Assembly: GCA_051117555.1 (NCBI GenBank)
Contig: JBNPEG010000017.1
Span: forward strand, 17,049 to 81,048
Origin: Elainellaceae cyanobacterium
GTDB lineage: Bacteria > Cyanobacteriota > Cyanobacteriia > CAZCXK01
Reading direction: 5' to 3'
Length of the DNA stretch: 64,000 bases
A model generated the notes under the pieces. The model was not told the DNA's origin. It worked only from the letters and a program-made list of their open reading frames with translations, and searched no databases. This document shows, one piece after another, positions 38,723-48,997 of the stretch. A program made the position numbers and the translations under genes. Position 1 is the stretch's first letter, and the number at the start of each line of letters is the position of its first letter.

Positions 38723-39286
38723 GTGCCTAATCTTCAGCAATTTCATCAATCATTGATTCCAACTCCACCTTTTTGGTCGCCGCCCGACTTGTCTAAGGCT
38801 GCCTTTGTCGCTGCCAATGCGACTGTTATAGGTCAAGTAGAGGTCAAACGTGGTGCTAGCATTTGGTACACAGCGGTGGTTCGCGGAGACGTAGAGCGAA
38901 TTGTCATCGGCGCATGCACCAATATTCAAGATGGTGCGATTCTTCACGGCGATCCGGGCAAGCCAACCATTTTGGAAGACGATGTAACAATTGGGCATCG
39001 GGCTGTGATTCATAGCGCCCATATCGAGCAAGGCAGCCTGATTGGAATTGGTGCCATCGTGCTAGACGGGGTGCGGGTCGGTGCAGGAAGCGTCATCGGA
39101 GCAGGCGCAGTGGTGACCAAAGATGTGCCTGAGCGATCGCTCGTGGTTGGGGTGCCTGGAAAGGTGTTACGCCAGATTTCTGATGACGAAGCGACTGATT
39201 TGATCGAGCATGCCAAGAAATATGAAAAGCTGGCGCGAGTGCATGCAGGACACGGAACAGATTTAGGATTTGGGCTAAAGGGTTGA
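38723..39286 (+). CDS. Gamma-carbonic anhydrase family protein
   Basis: Hexapeptide repeats, VRGD, TNIQDGAILH, VTIGHRAVIH. Confidence 0.92.
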   Translation: MPNLQQFHQSLIPTPPFWSPPDLSKAAFVAANATVIGQVEVKRGASIWYTAVVRGDVERIVIGACTNIQDGAILHGDPGKPTILEDDVTIGHRAVIHSAHIEQGSLIGIGAIVLDGVRVGAGSVIGAGAVVTKDVPERSLVVGVPGKVLRQISDDEATDLIEHAKKYEKLARVHAGHGTDLGFGLKG

Positions 39287-39299
39287 CACCCCAGGTTCC

Positions 39300-40412
39300 T
39301 TAATCCGTCAATCCTTGCAATTCTAAATCGGGCACGTCCACCCATTGACCCGATTGGCTCGATTCGTGGGTCAAATCCATTAAAAGTTGAGAATAGACGC
39401 CCTCTTGCAGGGAGGGTGCCGATTCTTTGCCCTGATCGATGCATCGAATCCAATGATCAACTACTCGCACAAACGGCGCAAGCCGACCATCTTTATAGAC
39501 TTGAGGAAAGCGCAGATGCTCGGGAATGGCGATTTCTGTTAGAGGATTGCCTTCTCGACTCGTCCAGAGACGAAAGCCATGAATATAATCCTTCGGATTA
39601 TCATTGCCGAGTACGACGGTGCCGCGATCGCCATAGACTTCGATCCAATGCCCTCGCCCTTGATAGGTCACGGCGCTGAGAGTCACCTGACACGGAGTAC
39701 CGTCTTCTAAATCAAGCATGATGCGGCATGTATCGTCTGCATCAACGGGCTTTTGTTCGCCTGTTGCCGGATCGGGTCGCGTTGGAATAGTTGTACTCAG
39801 CGACCCACATAACCGGCGCACTGGACCAAACAACCAAGGCACATAGTCAAACAGATGAGAGCCAATCGAACCGAGTGCGCCACCGCCTTTTTCCTGTTGA
39901 GAATACCAGTCCCACGGGCGTTCAGGATTAGCACGACTTGCTCCCATCCAATCGATTTTAATGAGCCGCTTTCTGCCAACAAATTCTTCAGCTAATAGTC
40001 TGGCAAAGTGCTGCCATGCCGGAACATAGCGAAACTCAAAATCAACGACGCCAACCACGCCTTGCTTAGCAGCGAGCGTATAAAGTTCCTGCGCTTCAGT
40101 TACAGATAAGGTTGTCGGCTTTTCTATCAGCACATGCTTTCCGGCATTGATCGCAGTTTTTGCCATCGAGTAATGCAGAAAGGGAGGCGTCGAAATACTG
40201 ACCGCTTTGACTTCAGGGAGCGCCACAATTTGCTCGACGGTTTCACAGGCATAGGGAATCTTATTGGCTTCTGCGATCGCCCGTGCCTTATCTAAATTTC
40301 GATGATAAACGGCTAGCACTTGAGTTCTTGGATGAATTTGGAACCCAGGAATATGAATTTTTTGACCAAATCCAGTGCCAATAACCGCAATACCCAGAGG
40401 AGATTGAGCCAT
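39300..40412 (-). CDS. Gfo/Idh/MocA family oxidoreductase
   Basis: VIGTGFG, STPPFLH, KHVLIEKP, GGGALGSIGSH; start MAQSP at 40412. Confidence 0.92.
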   Translation of the reverse strand: MAQSPLGIAVIGTGFGQKIHIPGFQIHPRTQVLAVYHRNLDKARAIAEANKIPYACETVEQIVALPEVKAVSISTPPFLHYSMAKTAINAGKHVLIEKPTTLSVTEAQELYTLAAKQGVVGVVDFEFRYVPAWQHFARLLAEEFVGRKRLIKIDWMGASRANPERPWDWYSQQEKGGGALGSIGSHLFDYVPWLFGPVRRLCGSLSTTIPTRPDPATGEQKPVDADDTCRIMLDLEDGTPCQVTLSAVTYQGRGHWIEVYGDRGTVVLGNDNPKDYIHGFRLWTSREGNPLTEIAIPEHLRFPQVYKDGRLAPFVRVVDHWIRCIDQGKESAPSLQEGVYSQLLMDLTHESSQSGQWVDVPDLELQGLTD

Positions 40413-40838
40413 AGTCAAAATCAAAGAAACGTGTGACGACAGCAATAAACGCTGCCTACTTGTTAGCCTACAGGGCGATCGCCTCTTTGCACATCTAGAG
40501 ATGGGCAGAAAGAGCCATGACGTTTGTCTCGGTCAATTCACGACGTCTGTCTCATGCCAACGAGAGGCGAGCTTGATAGAGTCGATATAAGACTGATGGA
40601 CTGGATACGGTTTCAACGGGCGTCAAACAGGCATCCAATATCTTCACCTGATTGGATGAGCCAGAAGCAGGTGGCGGCCTAGCCGGGCACAGACTATAGT
40701 TGAGGCGATATGTAGAGGCATCTGTAAATAGCGTAGTGTGACGTGGCGATCGCCTGCCCCTTGGCCCCCTCTCCGCAGAGCAATAATCTAGGGTACATCA
40801 TCTTCATTTAGAACTCCCCACTATTTGTTGTTCTATTC

Positions 40839-40856
40839 GTTCAGAAATTGCTGAAC
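40839..40856. promoter_or_regulatory. Candidate GbsR/MarR operator GTTCAG-N6-CTGAAC
   Basis: Perfect inverted repeat about 60 bp upstream of the regulator start. Confidence 0.55.
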
Positions 40857-40917
40857 ATTCAAAATTTGTTGTGTTAGATTAGATGGAGATGGTTGTGTAA
40901 CAAGTTATTGAGCCCCA

Positions 40918-41403
40918 TTGAATAGTCCCTCACCTAAGGAAAACCAAAATTTCGAGCCGACCTTCTTCGTCGAAGAAATTGGGTTGATGTTCGAAATGGT
41001 AGGCATGCCGCGTATGGCTGGGCGCATCTTGGGATGGCTGCTCATTTCTGATCCGCCTCAGCAGTCGAGTGGTGATCTATCCAACGTTCTTCAAGCCAGC
41101 AAAGGCTCAATTAGTAGCATGACCCGTCTTCTAATCCAGATTGGATTAATCGAGCGCATCAGCTTACCAGGGCGACGGCGAGATTACTTTCAAATCAAGC
41201 CTAACGCTTGGTCGCAGATGACAAAGCAGCGAGTCGAACAAATTGCGGCATTTCGGCAGTTGGCAGAAAAGGGGCTCGATCTGCTTCACGATGCTCCTCC
41301 TCCCCTTAAGCAGCGGCTTCGAGAAATGCGCGATATTCATGCATTTTGGGAGCGAGAATTGCCGTTGCTCCATGCCCGATGGGAGCAAGAGCACCAGCAA
41401 TAA
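40918..41403 (+). CDS. GbsR/MarR-family transcriptional regulator
   Basis: GMPRMAGRILGWLLI, LQASKGSISSMTRLL, PGRRRDYF. Confidence 0.88.
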   Translation: MNSPSPKENQNFEPTFFVEEIGLMFEMVGMPRMAGRILGWLLISDPPQQSSGDLSNVLQASKGSISSMTRLLIQIGLIERISLPGRRRDYFQIKPNAWSQMTKQRVEQIAAFRQLAEKGLDLLHDAPPPLKQRLREMRDIHAFWERELPLLHARWEQEHQQ

Positions 41404-41463
41404 ATTGTGAAGAGTTTTGTCGCCACGATTTAATTACTGCTTAGCACTTAGATTCAGACCACC

Positions 41464-42828
41464 ATGCAATTTCCTCTAATTGGCAAAATTAAGCGCCCGC
41501 TTCCGTGGGTCATCGCTCTCGTGGCGGTTGGCGTCGTGGGAGCCGGAGCAGTATCATTCATACTCATTCGCGCCCAGAGAAATGACATCGACATCGCAGA
41601 GCTCACGGTTCCAGTTGAATCGCAACCTCTCGGAGTTCGGATTACGGCAAGCGGGACAGTGCAGCCAATTGATACCGTTAATCTCAGTCCACGAACGTCT
41701 GATTTAGTTGCCGAACTCTACGTTGAACAGGGCGATCGCGTCTCTCAAGGTCAAGTGGTTGCCCGTATGAAGAGCAACAGTGTCGAGGCAGAACTCACCC
41801 AAGCGAGGGCTAGAGTGGTTCAGTGGCAAGCCGAAGTCGCAGAGCTTCGGAACGGCACCCGCCCTGAAGACATCGCTCAAGGTCGCGCCCAGGTCGAACG
41901 AGCAGATGCGGTGGTCGCAGAGGCGGAGGCTCGCCTCGAACTCGCGACCGATCGCCTAAATCGCAATCGAGTGCTTCAAGAGGAAGGCGCAATTTCTAGA
42001 GACGATATTGATGCGGCTGCTGAAGAGGCAGAACGGGCGCGAGCCAATCTTGAGCAAAATCGCGCGAGCTTGCGTGAGGCGCAGGAAAATTTGAGGCTGT
42101 TACAGCGTGGCAGTCGCGCAGAAGACATTGCCCAGGCAGAGGCGCAACTGGCTCAGGCCCAAGGCAACTTGCAAGCCGTCGAAGTGCAGTACGATGACAC
42201 GTTTATCCGGGCTCCGTTTGATGGCATCATTACTCAGAAATATGCGACCGAAGGCGCATTTGTGACCCCAACTACTTCGGCGTCAGAGGCATCGTCTGCA
42301 ACCTCATCTGCCATCGTGGCGATCGCCAGCGGCTTAGAAGTGTTGACGGAAGTGCCTGAAGTTGATATCAGTCGCATCCGCCAAGGTCAACCCGTCGAAA
42401 TTGTGGCCGATGCCTATCCCGATCAGGTGTTTGAGGGGCGCGTGAAGCGGATTGCCCCGCAAGCGATTGAAGACCCGAGTCGGGGCGACTTTGTTTACTT
42501 TGAGGTAACGGTCGAATTGATCACGGGTGAGGATCAGCTGATGTCGGGCATTCAAACGGATGTCACCTTTATTGGAGACGAGGTCAGCGGCGCGATGGTG
42601 GTTCCAGCCGTTGCCGTCGTTCGAGTAGATGGTCAGCAAGGGGTGCTGCTCCCCGACGAAAATGACCGCCCGCGATTTCAACCCGTTACCCTCGGCCCTC
42701 AAGTCGGCAACGAGATTCAAATCTTAGAAGGCGTTGATCCGGGCGATCGCATCTTTGTCGAACTGCCTGAGGGAACCACCCTAGAAAATTTGAACTTTGG
42801 ACGACGCGATCAGGAGGGTGAGGAATAA
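41464..42828 (+). CDS. Efflux periplasmic adaptor (MacA/HlyD family)
   Basis: N-terminal TM, lipoyl halves (LYVEQGDRV, IRAPFDGII), long coiled hairpin. Confidence 0.92.
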   Translation: MQFPLIGKIKRPLPWVIALVAVGVVGAGAVSFILIRAQRNDIDIAELTVPVESQPLGVRITASGTVQPIDTVNLSPRTSDLVAELYVEQGDRVSQGQVVARMKSNSVEAELTQARARVVQWQAEVAELRNGTRPEDIAQGRAQVERADAVVAEAEARLELATDRLNRNRVLQEEGAISRDDIDAAAEEAERARANLEQNRASLREAQENLRLLQRGSRAEDIAQAEAQLAQAQGNLQAVEVQYDDTFIRAPFDGIITQKYATEGAFVTPTTSASEASSATSSAIVAIASGLEVLTEVPEVDISRIRQGQPVEIVADAYPDQVFEGRVKRIAPQAIEDPSRGDFVYFEVTVELITGEDQLMSGIQTDVTFIGDEVSGAMVVPAVAVVRVDGQQGVLLPDENDRPRFQPVTLGPQVGNEIQILEGVDPGDRIFVELPEGTTLENLNFGRRDQEGEE

Positions 42829-42830
42829 GG

Positions 42831-44048
42831 ATGGATTTGACTGAAAGTCTCAAAATGGCGGTTAAAACCCTCACCGCAAATAAGCTGCGCAGTAGCTTGA
42901 CGATGTTGGGAATCATCATTGGCAATGCGTCGGTGATTGCAATGGTGGGCGTGGGGCAAGGGGCTCAAAAATATGTTACTGACCAGATCGAAGGACTCGG
43001 TCCCAATGTGCTGTTTATCGTGCCGGGAAATCAGGAAACCCAGCGAGCCACGTTTAACGTGCCCAAAACTCTCGTTTTATCGGATGCAGAGGCGATCGCA
43101 GAGCAGGTTCCCTCCGTGCAAGAGGTTGCACCCGAATTCAACGATCGAGGATTGGTGACTCGCGGTAGCCGCAATACCAATTCGACCATCATCGGGACGA
43201 CACCGGGGTTTCCAGTTGTTCGCAACTTCGAACTGCAGGAAGGTCGCTTTTTCAGCGAATTAGACATGCGACGCAGCAATCCAGTGGCGGTTTTGGGCCC
43301 CGAACTTGCCGATCGCCTCATGGATAATCGTGACCCCGTGGGTCAGCAAATTCGCATTAAAAATGTCAGCTTTCAGGTGATCGGCGTCTTAGACGAAAAA
43401 GGGTCAAATCTCGGTGTTAACTACGACAACGCCGTAATTGTGCCGCTGATGACGATGGCCAATCGACTAGTAGGGCGCACCTCGCCCTACGGCATCGAAC
43501 TCACCTACATCAGCGTGTCTGTAGATCAACAAACCAACATGGATGCTGCGAGGTTTCAAATCGCCAATCTGCTGCGGTTGCGTCACAAAATCGTCGGGGA
43601 AGATGATTTTACGATCAACAGTCAGCAAGATTTGTTAGAAGTCACCGGCACCATTACCGGCGCACTCACGATCATGTTGGCGGCGATCGCCGGAATTTCT
43701 CTCTTCGTGGGCGGCATTGGCATCATGAATATCATGCTGGTTTCTGTCAAAGAACGCACTCAGGAAATTGGCCTGAGAAAAGCGATCGGCGCGTCTCAGA
43801 AAGATATTTTGGTGCAATTCATGATCGAGGCAATTATTCTTGCTGCAACAGGTGGGTTAGTCGGCACAGGACTAGGCATTACCGGCACCCTCCTAATTGG
43901 AATAGCAACACCGTTTCAACCCGGCATCTCTGTCACCGCCGCAGGCGTTGCTGTGATTGTCTCTGGCGGAATCGGGCTCTTCTTTGGTGTCGTGCCTGCT
44001 CGCCAAGCCGCCAAGCTCGACCCAATCGTAGCGCTCAGAAGCGCTTAG
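42831..44048 (+). CDS. MacB-type ABC transporter permease
   Basis: NKLRSSLTMLGIIIG, VGGIGIMNIMLVSVKERTQEIGLRKAIGA, PARQAAKLDPIVALR. Confidence 0.93.
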   Translation: MDLTESLKMAVKTLTANKLRSSLTMLGIIIGNASVIAMVGVGQGAQKYVTDQIEGLGPNVLFIVPGNQETQRATFNVPKTLVLSDAEAIAEQVPSVQEVAPEFNDRGLVTRGSRNTNSTIIGTTPGFPVVRNFELQEGRFFSELDMRRSNPVAVLGPELADRLMDNRDPVGQQIRIKNVSFQVIGVLDEKGSNLGVNYDNAVIVPLMTMANRLVGRTSPYGIELTYISVSVDQQTNMDAARFQIANLLRLRHKIVGEDDFTINSQQDLLEVTGTITGALTIMLAAIAGISLFVGGIGIMNIMLVSVKERTQEIGLRKAIGASQKDILVQFMIEAIILAATGGLVGTGLGITGTLLIGIATPFQPGISVTAAGVAVIVSGGIGLFFGVVPARQAAKLDPIVALRSA

Positions 44049-44136
44049 GGACTCGCTTAGCGATAAGCAAGGACTCTGTAAAAAAAAAGCCGTTTGCCCA
44101 CCCCTCTCCCATCCACCCCTCTCCCATCCACTCTCC

Positions 44137-44856
44137 ATGTCTCAAACCATCATTCGTCTTGAAACCATTTTCAAAATCTATGGATCTGGCAATACCGAGG
44201 TGCGAGCCTTGTCAGACGTTAATCTAACCGTCGAAGAGGGGGAATATTGCGCCATCATGGGGCCGTCAGGGTCGGGTAAGTCGACCGTCATGAATATCAT
44301 CGGCTGCCTCGATCGCCCAACAAAAGGCCGATACTATCTGGATGGCGTTGATGTTGCCCATCTGGATGACACCGAACTGGCTCACATCCGAAATCGCAAA
44401 ATTGGATTTGTGTTTCAGCAATTTCATTTGCTGCCGCAGTTGACAGCTGTTGAGAATGTCATGCTGCCGATGGTATATGGCGGAGTGTCGTCGGATGAAC
44501 GGCACGATCGCGCGGCTGAAGCCCTCACTCGTGTTGGACTAGGAAATCGCCTCAATAACCGTCCTACTCAACTCTCAGGGGGGCAACAACAGCGGGTGGC
44601 GATCGCCCGCGCTATTGTCAATCGTCCGGTGTTGTTGCTGGCCGACGAACCTACGGGCGCACTTGACACCCACACCACTCAAGAAGTGATGGGTATTTTT
44701 GCGGAGCTAAACGCAAGCGGCATCACGGTCGTAATGGTCACGCATGAAGCAGAAGTGGCTCGACTCACGCAGCGAATCGTTTGGTTTCGGGATGGTGAAG
44801 TGATGCACCATCACCTTGCACCCACCGAAATTGCCCAGGTCGCGTTGGCAACTTAA
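44137..44856 (+). CDS. ABC ATP-binding protein (MacB/LolD type)
   Basis: [28 protein letters not shown]. Confidence 0.95.
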   Translation: MSQTIIRLETIFKIYGSGNTEVRALSDVNLTVEEGEYCAIMGPSGSGKSTVMNIIGCLDRPTKGRYYLDGVDVAHLDDTELAHIRNRKIGFVFQQFHLLPQLTAVENVMLPMVYGGVSSDERHDRAAEALTRVGLGNRLNNRPTQLSGGQQQRVAIARAIVNRPVLLLADEPTGALDTHTTQEVMGIFAELNASGITVVMVTHEAEVARLTQRIVWFRDGEVMHHHLAPTEIAQVALAT

Positions 44857-44898
44857 TGGCATTTTTAATGTAGCATGTTGTAGTATGCCGAGTAATGC

Positions 44899-45849
44899 AT
44901 GGCTATGATGTCTCAAATTGCTCCGACGCGTCCGCGTGAAGCAACTGCTTTAGTTGCCTATGATTTATGGAAACTGTATCGCGATCGCCCCGTTGTTCAG
45001 GGCGTCAACTTTTCGCTAAATTCGGGTGAAATTTTGGGGCTACTCGGTCCAAACGGAGCGGGTAAAACGACTACGGTTGGAATGCTCTACGGGGCGGTCG
45101 TCCCGAGTCGAGGATTTGTCCGTCTGGGGAACCTCGACGTGCAGGGGAACGGGCATCGAGCCCGAAACCACATGGGTATCGTTACCCAGGAAGATAATCT
45201 CGACCCCGATTTTTCGGTGTTTGACAATTTAACCTTCTTTGCTCACCATTATCGAATTCACGGCAAAGCAGCTCGACAGCGAGCCGGAGAACTGCTGGCT
45301 CAATTGGGGCTTGACGAGTATGCTCACCGTCAAATTGATGAGCTATCAGGCGGGCTAAAGCGGCGATTGGTGTTAGCACGCGCCCTCATCAATGACCCGC
45401 TCGTGGTGTTTCTCGATGAACCGACGACTGGCCTTGATCCCGATGCCCGCCAAGAATTTTGGAAACTCGTCCTCGACCTCAAGCAACAGGGATGTGGAGT
45501 ATTGCTCACAACCCACTATATGGATGAAGCTCAGCGATTGTGCGATCGCCTCTTATTGCTTCAGCAAGGCACCGTCATTGATGAGGGAACGCCGCTGGAT
45601 CTGATTAAGCGCACTGTCGGCAGCGAAGTCATCGAAATAGAGGGCGTCGATGAGTCTCAACTCCAAACATTGGCAACGCAAGCGAATACCTGGTGTCGCT
45701 CGTTTGGAAAGGGCTATCTGCTAGCACTCCCTGCCGATCCTGACCCGCTCTGGCACCAGCTCAGCGCCCTCCCATCTGTTCGACTCAACCGACGTTCCGC
45801 CAATCTCGAAGATGTATTCCTTCGCTTAACTGGGAGAATGCTGGAATGA
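44899..45849 (+). CDS. ABC-2 ATP-binding protein (NodI-like)
   Basis: GPNGAGKTT, LSGGLKRRL, FLDEPTTGLDP, TTHYMDEA. Confidence 0.92.
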   Translation: MAMMSQIAPTRPREATALVAYDLWKLYRDRPVVQGVNFSLNSGEILGLLGPNGAGKTTTVGMLYGAVVPSRGFVRLGNLDVQGNGHRARNHMGIVTQEDNLDPDFSVFDNLTFFAHHYRIHGKAARQRAGELLAQLGLDEYAHRQIDELSGGLKRRLVLARALINDPLVVFLDEPTTGLDPDARQEFWKLVLDLKQQGCGVLLTTHYMDEAQRLCDRLLLLQQGTVIDEGTPLDLIKRTVGSEVIEIEGVDESQLQTLATQANTWCRSFGKGYLLALPADPDPLWHQLSALPSVRLNRRSANLEDVFLRLTGRMLE

Positions 45850-46625
45850 AATATCCAATGATTACACCGTGGGGTGTGTACTCGGTTTGGCATCGCCATG
45901 CGAGAGTCTACCAACGTACCTGGCTCGTCAATTTCTTGCCTCCCATTTCAGAACCGATTGTCTACTTGATTGCCTTTGGATACGGCTTGACTCCCTTAGT
46001 AGGCGAGGTCATCTACAACGGTCAAGCCGTTTCGTATCTAGAGTTCATCGCTCCCGGAATGATTGCACTGGGTGTCTTATTCCAATCTTTCTTTGAAGGC
46101 GCCTTTGGCAGCTTTATCCGGCTTAATTTTCAACGAACATGGCATGCCCTTTTAACGGCTCCTCTCAGCTTTTCCGAGGTGTTTGTAGGAGATTGGCTAT
46201 GGGCTGCAACCAAAGGCATGATTGCGGGCAGCTTGACCGGACTGGTCGCCGTTGTTTGGGGGCTGTATTCAGGGTGGACACTGCTCGGCTCCATTCCCTT
46301 TATGTTTCTCGGAAGTCTGCTATTTGGCGGGATGGGGTTATTGACTGCCGGAGCTGTACGCCGAGTTGATCAAATCAATGTGCCGATTTTTGTTGTGATC
46401 ATTCCCATGTTTACCCTGTGCGGGACGTATTTTCCGCGCGATACCCTCCCACCCGTCTTAGAAAATATCGCGAGTGTGCTGCCATTAGCGCCGCTAGTAG
46501 ACTTGTTACGCTGGCATATGGGATTACCGCCATTCTGGTGGCTCAGTTTGATTTGGCTAGTCGGGTTGATGGCACTGTGTGTTGCGCTAGCCGTTCGAGT
46601 CATCTATCCCCAGCTTATTCGTTGA
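45846..46625 (+). CDS. ABC-2 permease (NodJ-like)
   Basis: EPIVYLIAFGYGL, YLEFIAPGM, PMFTLCGTYFP; ATGA overlap with upstream gene. Confidence 0.9.
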   Translation: MKYPMITPWGVYSVWHRHARVYQRTWLVNFLPPISEPIVYLIAFGYGLTPLVGEVIYNGQAVSYLEFIAPGMIALGVLFQSFFEGAFGSFIRLNFQRTWHALLTAPLSFSEVFVGDWLWAATKGMIAGSLTGLVAVVWGLYSGWTLLGSIPFMFLGSLLFGGMGLLTAGAVRRVDQINVPIFVVIIPMFTLCGTYFPRDTLPPVLENIASVLPLAPLVDLLRWHMGLPPFWWLSLIWLVGLMALCVALAVRVIYPQLIR

Positions 46626-46704
46626 CGATGGGTGCTCTGTGATCCCAAAAGATAGTAGAGTAAAGCAACGCACGATTTGTATAGCCACCCACGCGTAACG
46701 GCAC

Positions 46705-48015
46705 ATGGATTCTGGCGGTCTATCCAATAACACACTCCCAGAACAGTTAATCGACCTCGCGCTTCGTTCTGGTGCCGGAGCAGCTGAGGTATTTCAATCA
46801 CAGTCATTGTCTCGCCCGGTCTTTTTTGAAGCAAATCGGTTAAAGCAATTAGAGAGTTCTCAGTCGGAAGGGATTGCGCTGCGACTCTGGTTTGAAGGCA
46901 GTCCTGGGCTGGCAGTGGCGTATGGTTCGGTAGAGCCACAAGTCTTAGTTGATCGGGCGATCGCCCTGAGCCATCTCAATGAACCCGAAACAATAGAGCT
47001 CACTCCCGCCTCTAGAGCGTCGTATCCAGATTTAGGAAAGACGATTCCGGTTAAACAACTGATTGACTGGGGCATGGAGGCGATCGCCCTAGTTCGCCAA
47101 TCCTATCCTGAGATTCTTTGCACGGCTGAATGGGAATGCGAGGCAGAACTCACCCGCCTTGTAAATTCTCACGGCTTAGATTTGAGCTATACCGATACAA
47201 CGCTCAGTTGCTACATGTCGGCGGAGTGGGTGCGCGGGGACGATTTTTTGAGCGTGTCTGATGGGCAAACCCAACGGTGCTATCTTGACCCCACCGCCCT
47301 TGCCGAACAAATCATTCAGCGACTTCAGTGGTCAGAAGCCAACACCCCAGCTATCAGCGGCCACATGCCTATTCTGTTTACCTCAAAAGCGGCGGATATG
47401 CTTTGGGGAACCGTCCAAGCAGCGCTCAACGGTAAGCGGGTGATCGAACGAGCCTCTCCCTGGAGCGATCGCATTGGGGAGTTGGTCACCTCATCATCAT
47501 TGACGCTTTGCCAACAACCCGATGAGGGGCCATACAGTTGCCCGTTTGATGACGAGGGGACTCCCACCCAGCCGATCACTTACCTTAAAGAGGGCATATT
47601 GCAGCTCTTTTATACCGATCGCACGACGGGGAGATCCCTTGGGAGCGGCACAACAGGTAACGGCTTTCGTCCTAGCCTAGGAAGCTACCCAACTCCTGGG
47701 CTGTTTAACATTTTGATTGAACCGGGCTCAAAGTCGCTTCCAGAACTCATTCAATCGCTCGATCGCGGTATTATTGTCGACCAGATGCTCGGCGGTGGGG
47801 CAGGCATTTCGGGCGAATTTTCGGTGAATGTCGAGCTGGGATACCGAATTCACAATGGCAACATTGTCGGTCGCATCAAAGACACGATGGTCGCTGGAAA
47901 CGTTTATACCGCGCTAAAACAGCTTGCCGAAATCGGCTCTGATGCCGCCTGGAATGGCCCATGTTACACTCCCTCCATCATCGTCGAAGGGTTATCTACC
48001 ATTGGTAGAGCTTAG
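46705..48015 (+). CDS. pmbA: TldD/PmbA family protein (PmbA/TldE type)
   Basis: PFDDEGTP, TTGNGFR, SGEFSV, GRIKDTMVAGN, TPSI; no HExxxH motif. Confidence 0.85.
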   Translation: MDSGGLSNNTLPEQLIDLALRSGAGAAEVFQSQSLSRPVFFEANRLKQLESSQSEGIALRLWFEGSPGLAVAYGSVEPQVLVDRAIALSHLNEPETIELTPASRASYPDLGKTIPVKQLIDWGMEAIALVRQSYPEILCTAEWECEAELTRLVNSHGLDLSYTDTTLSCYMSAEWVRGDDFLSVSDGQTQRCYLDPTALAEQIIQRLQWSEANTPAISGHMPILFTSKAADMLWGTVQAALNGKRVIERASPWSDRIGELVTSSSLTLCQQPDEGPYSCPFDDEGTPTQPITYLKEGILQLFYTDRTTGRSLGSGTTGNGFRPSLGSYPTPGLFNILIEPGSKSLPELIQSLDRGIIVDQMLGGGAGISGEFSVNVELGYRIHNGNIVGRIKDTMVAGNVYTALKQLAEIGSDAAWNGPCYTPSIIVEGLSTIGRA

Positions 48016-48105
48016 CCCAAATTATTCATGCCCTTTGTATGGTTAGAGACGGAGTATCGGATAAGGTTCGTTGTCGAAAGGTAGAGCATCATCGATGAAG
48101 CTTCA

Positions 48106-48589
48106 AGAATCGCGCACGATGATCTGAGAATCGTTCGTGATGATCCGAGAATCGTTCATGATAATCCAAGAATCGCGCACGATGATCTAAGAATCCCTCG
48201 TGATGATCTAAGAATCACTCGTGATAATCCAAGAATCGCGCACGATGATCCAAGAATCGCGCACGATGATCCGAGAATCGCTCGTGATAATCCAAGAATC
48301 ACGCACGATGATCTTGAGAATCGCTCGTGATAATCCAAGAATCACTCGTGATGATCTAAGAATCCCTCGCGATGATCAAAGAATCGCGCACGATGATCTG
48401 AGAATCGCTCGTGATAATCCAAGAATCCCTCGCGATGATCCGAGAATCGCTCGTGATAATCCAAGAATCACTCGTGATGATTTGAGAATCACTCGTGATG
48501 ATTTGAGAATCCCTCGTGATAATCCAAGAATCCCTTGGGATGCTCCGAGAATCCCTTGGGATGCTCCGAGAATCGCGCACGATGATCGA
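48106..48589. repeat. 21-bp tandem repeat array, 23 units (one 22-bp unit)
   Basis: Consensus agaatcNcNc(g/a)(t/c)gat(g/a)atc(c/t)(a/g); 484 bp = 23x21+1, extra T near 48314. Confidence 0.95.
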
Positions 48590-48997
48590 TACCAATCCGG
48601 TCATCCTAATCCTGATATCTGGAGAGCGTTTAGGTTTTCGTGTAATACCAATTCTTCAAAGTAAGGCTACAAATGAACAGGCTAGAACCCTTGCAAGGCT
48701 GATGACCGTCAATCCAAAATCGCAAATCCAAAATCGAGAATTGGTATAAGTGCGACCGTCCTCGGTCGCGTGTGCCCTAACCGTGGGGATATGAGCGAGA
48801 CGTTATGCTCCGCATTGCCAGGGCAAACGCACTTTTACACAAAATTCTGTACAGTCTCTGAGGGTCTAACCTATCTCGCGCCATGATCTGACTATCAAGT
48901 GTGATTGCCCGAATTTCAACCGCGATTATTCAAAATTTCCCGCGATCGCCCGACGTCACCCCATCTGGGATTGCTATATGGGTCGCTAATTGTGAAA

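Noticed and set aside
40446-40800. Possible small gene or pseudogene before the GbsR operon
   Set aside because: Only short frames with no recognisable motif on either strand.
48156-48749. Four overlapping ORFs over the second array
   Set aside because: Explained by the repeat; a 1-bp insertion breaks the periodic frame.
48815-48875. c-di-GMP-I riboswitch-like gggcaaac...gtctaac
   Set aside because: No GAAA tetraloop stem or GACGCAAA element, and no downstream co-oriented gene.
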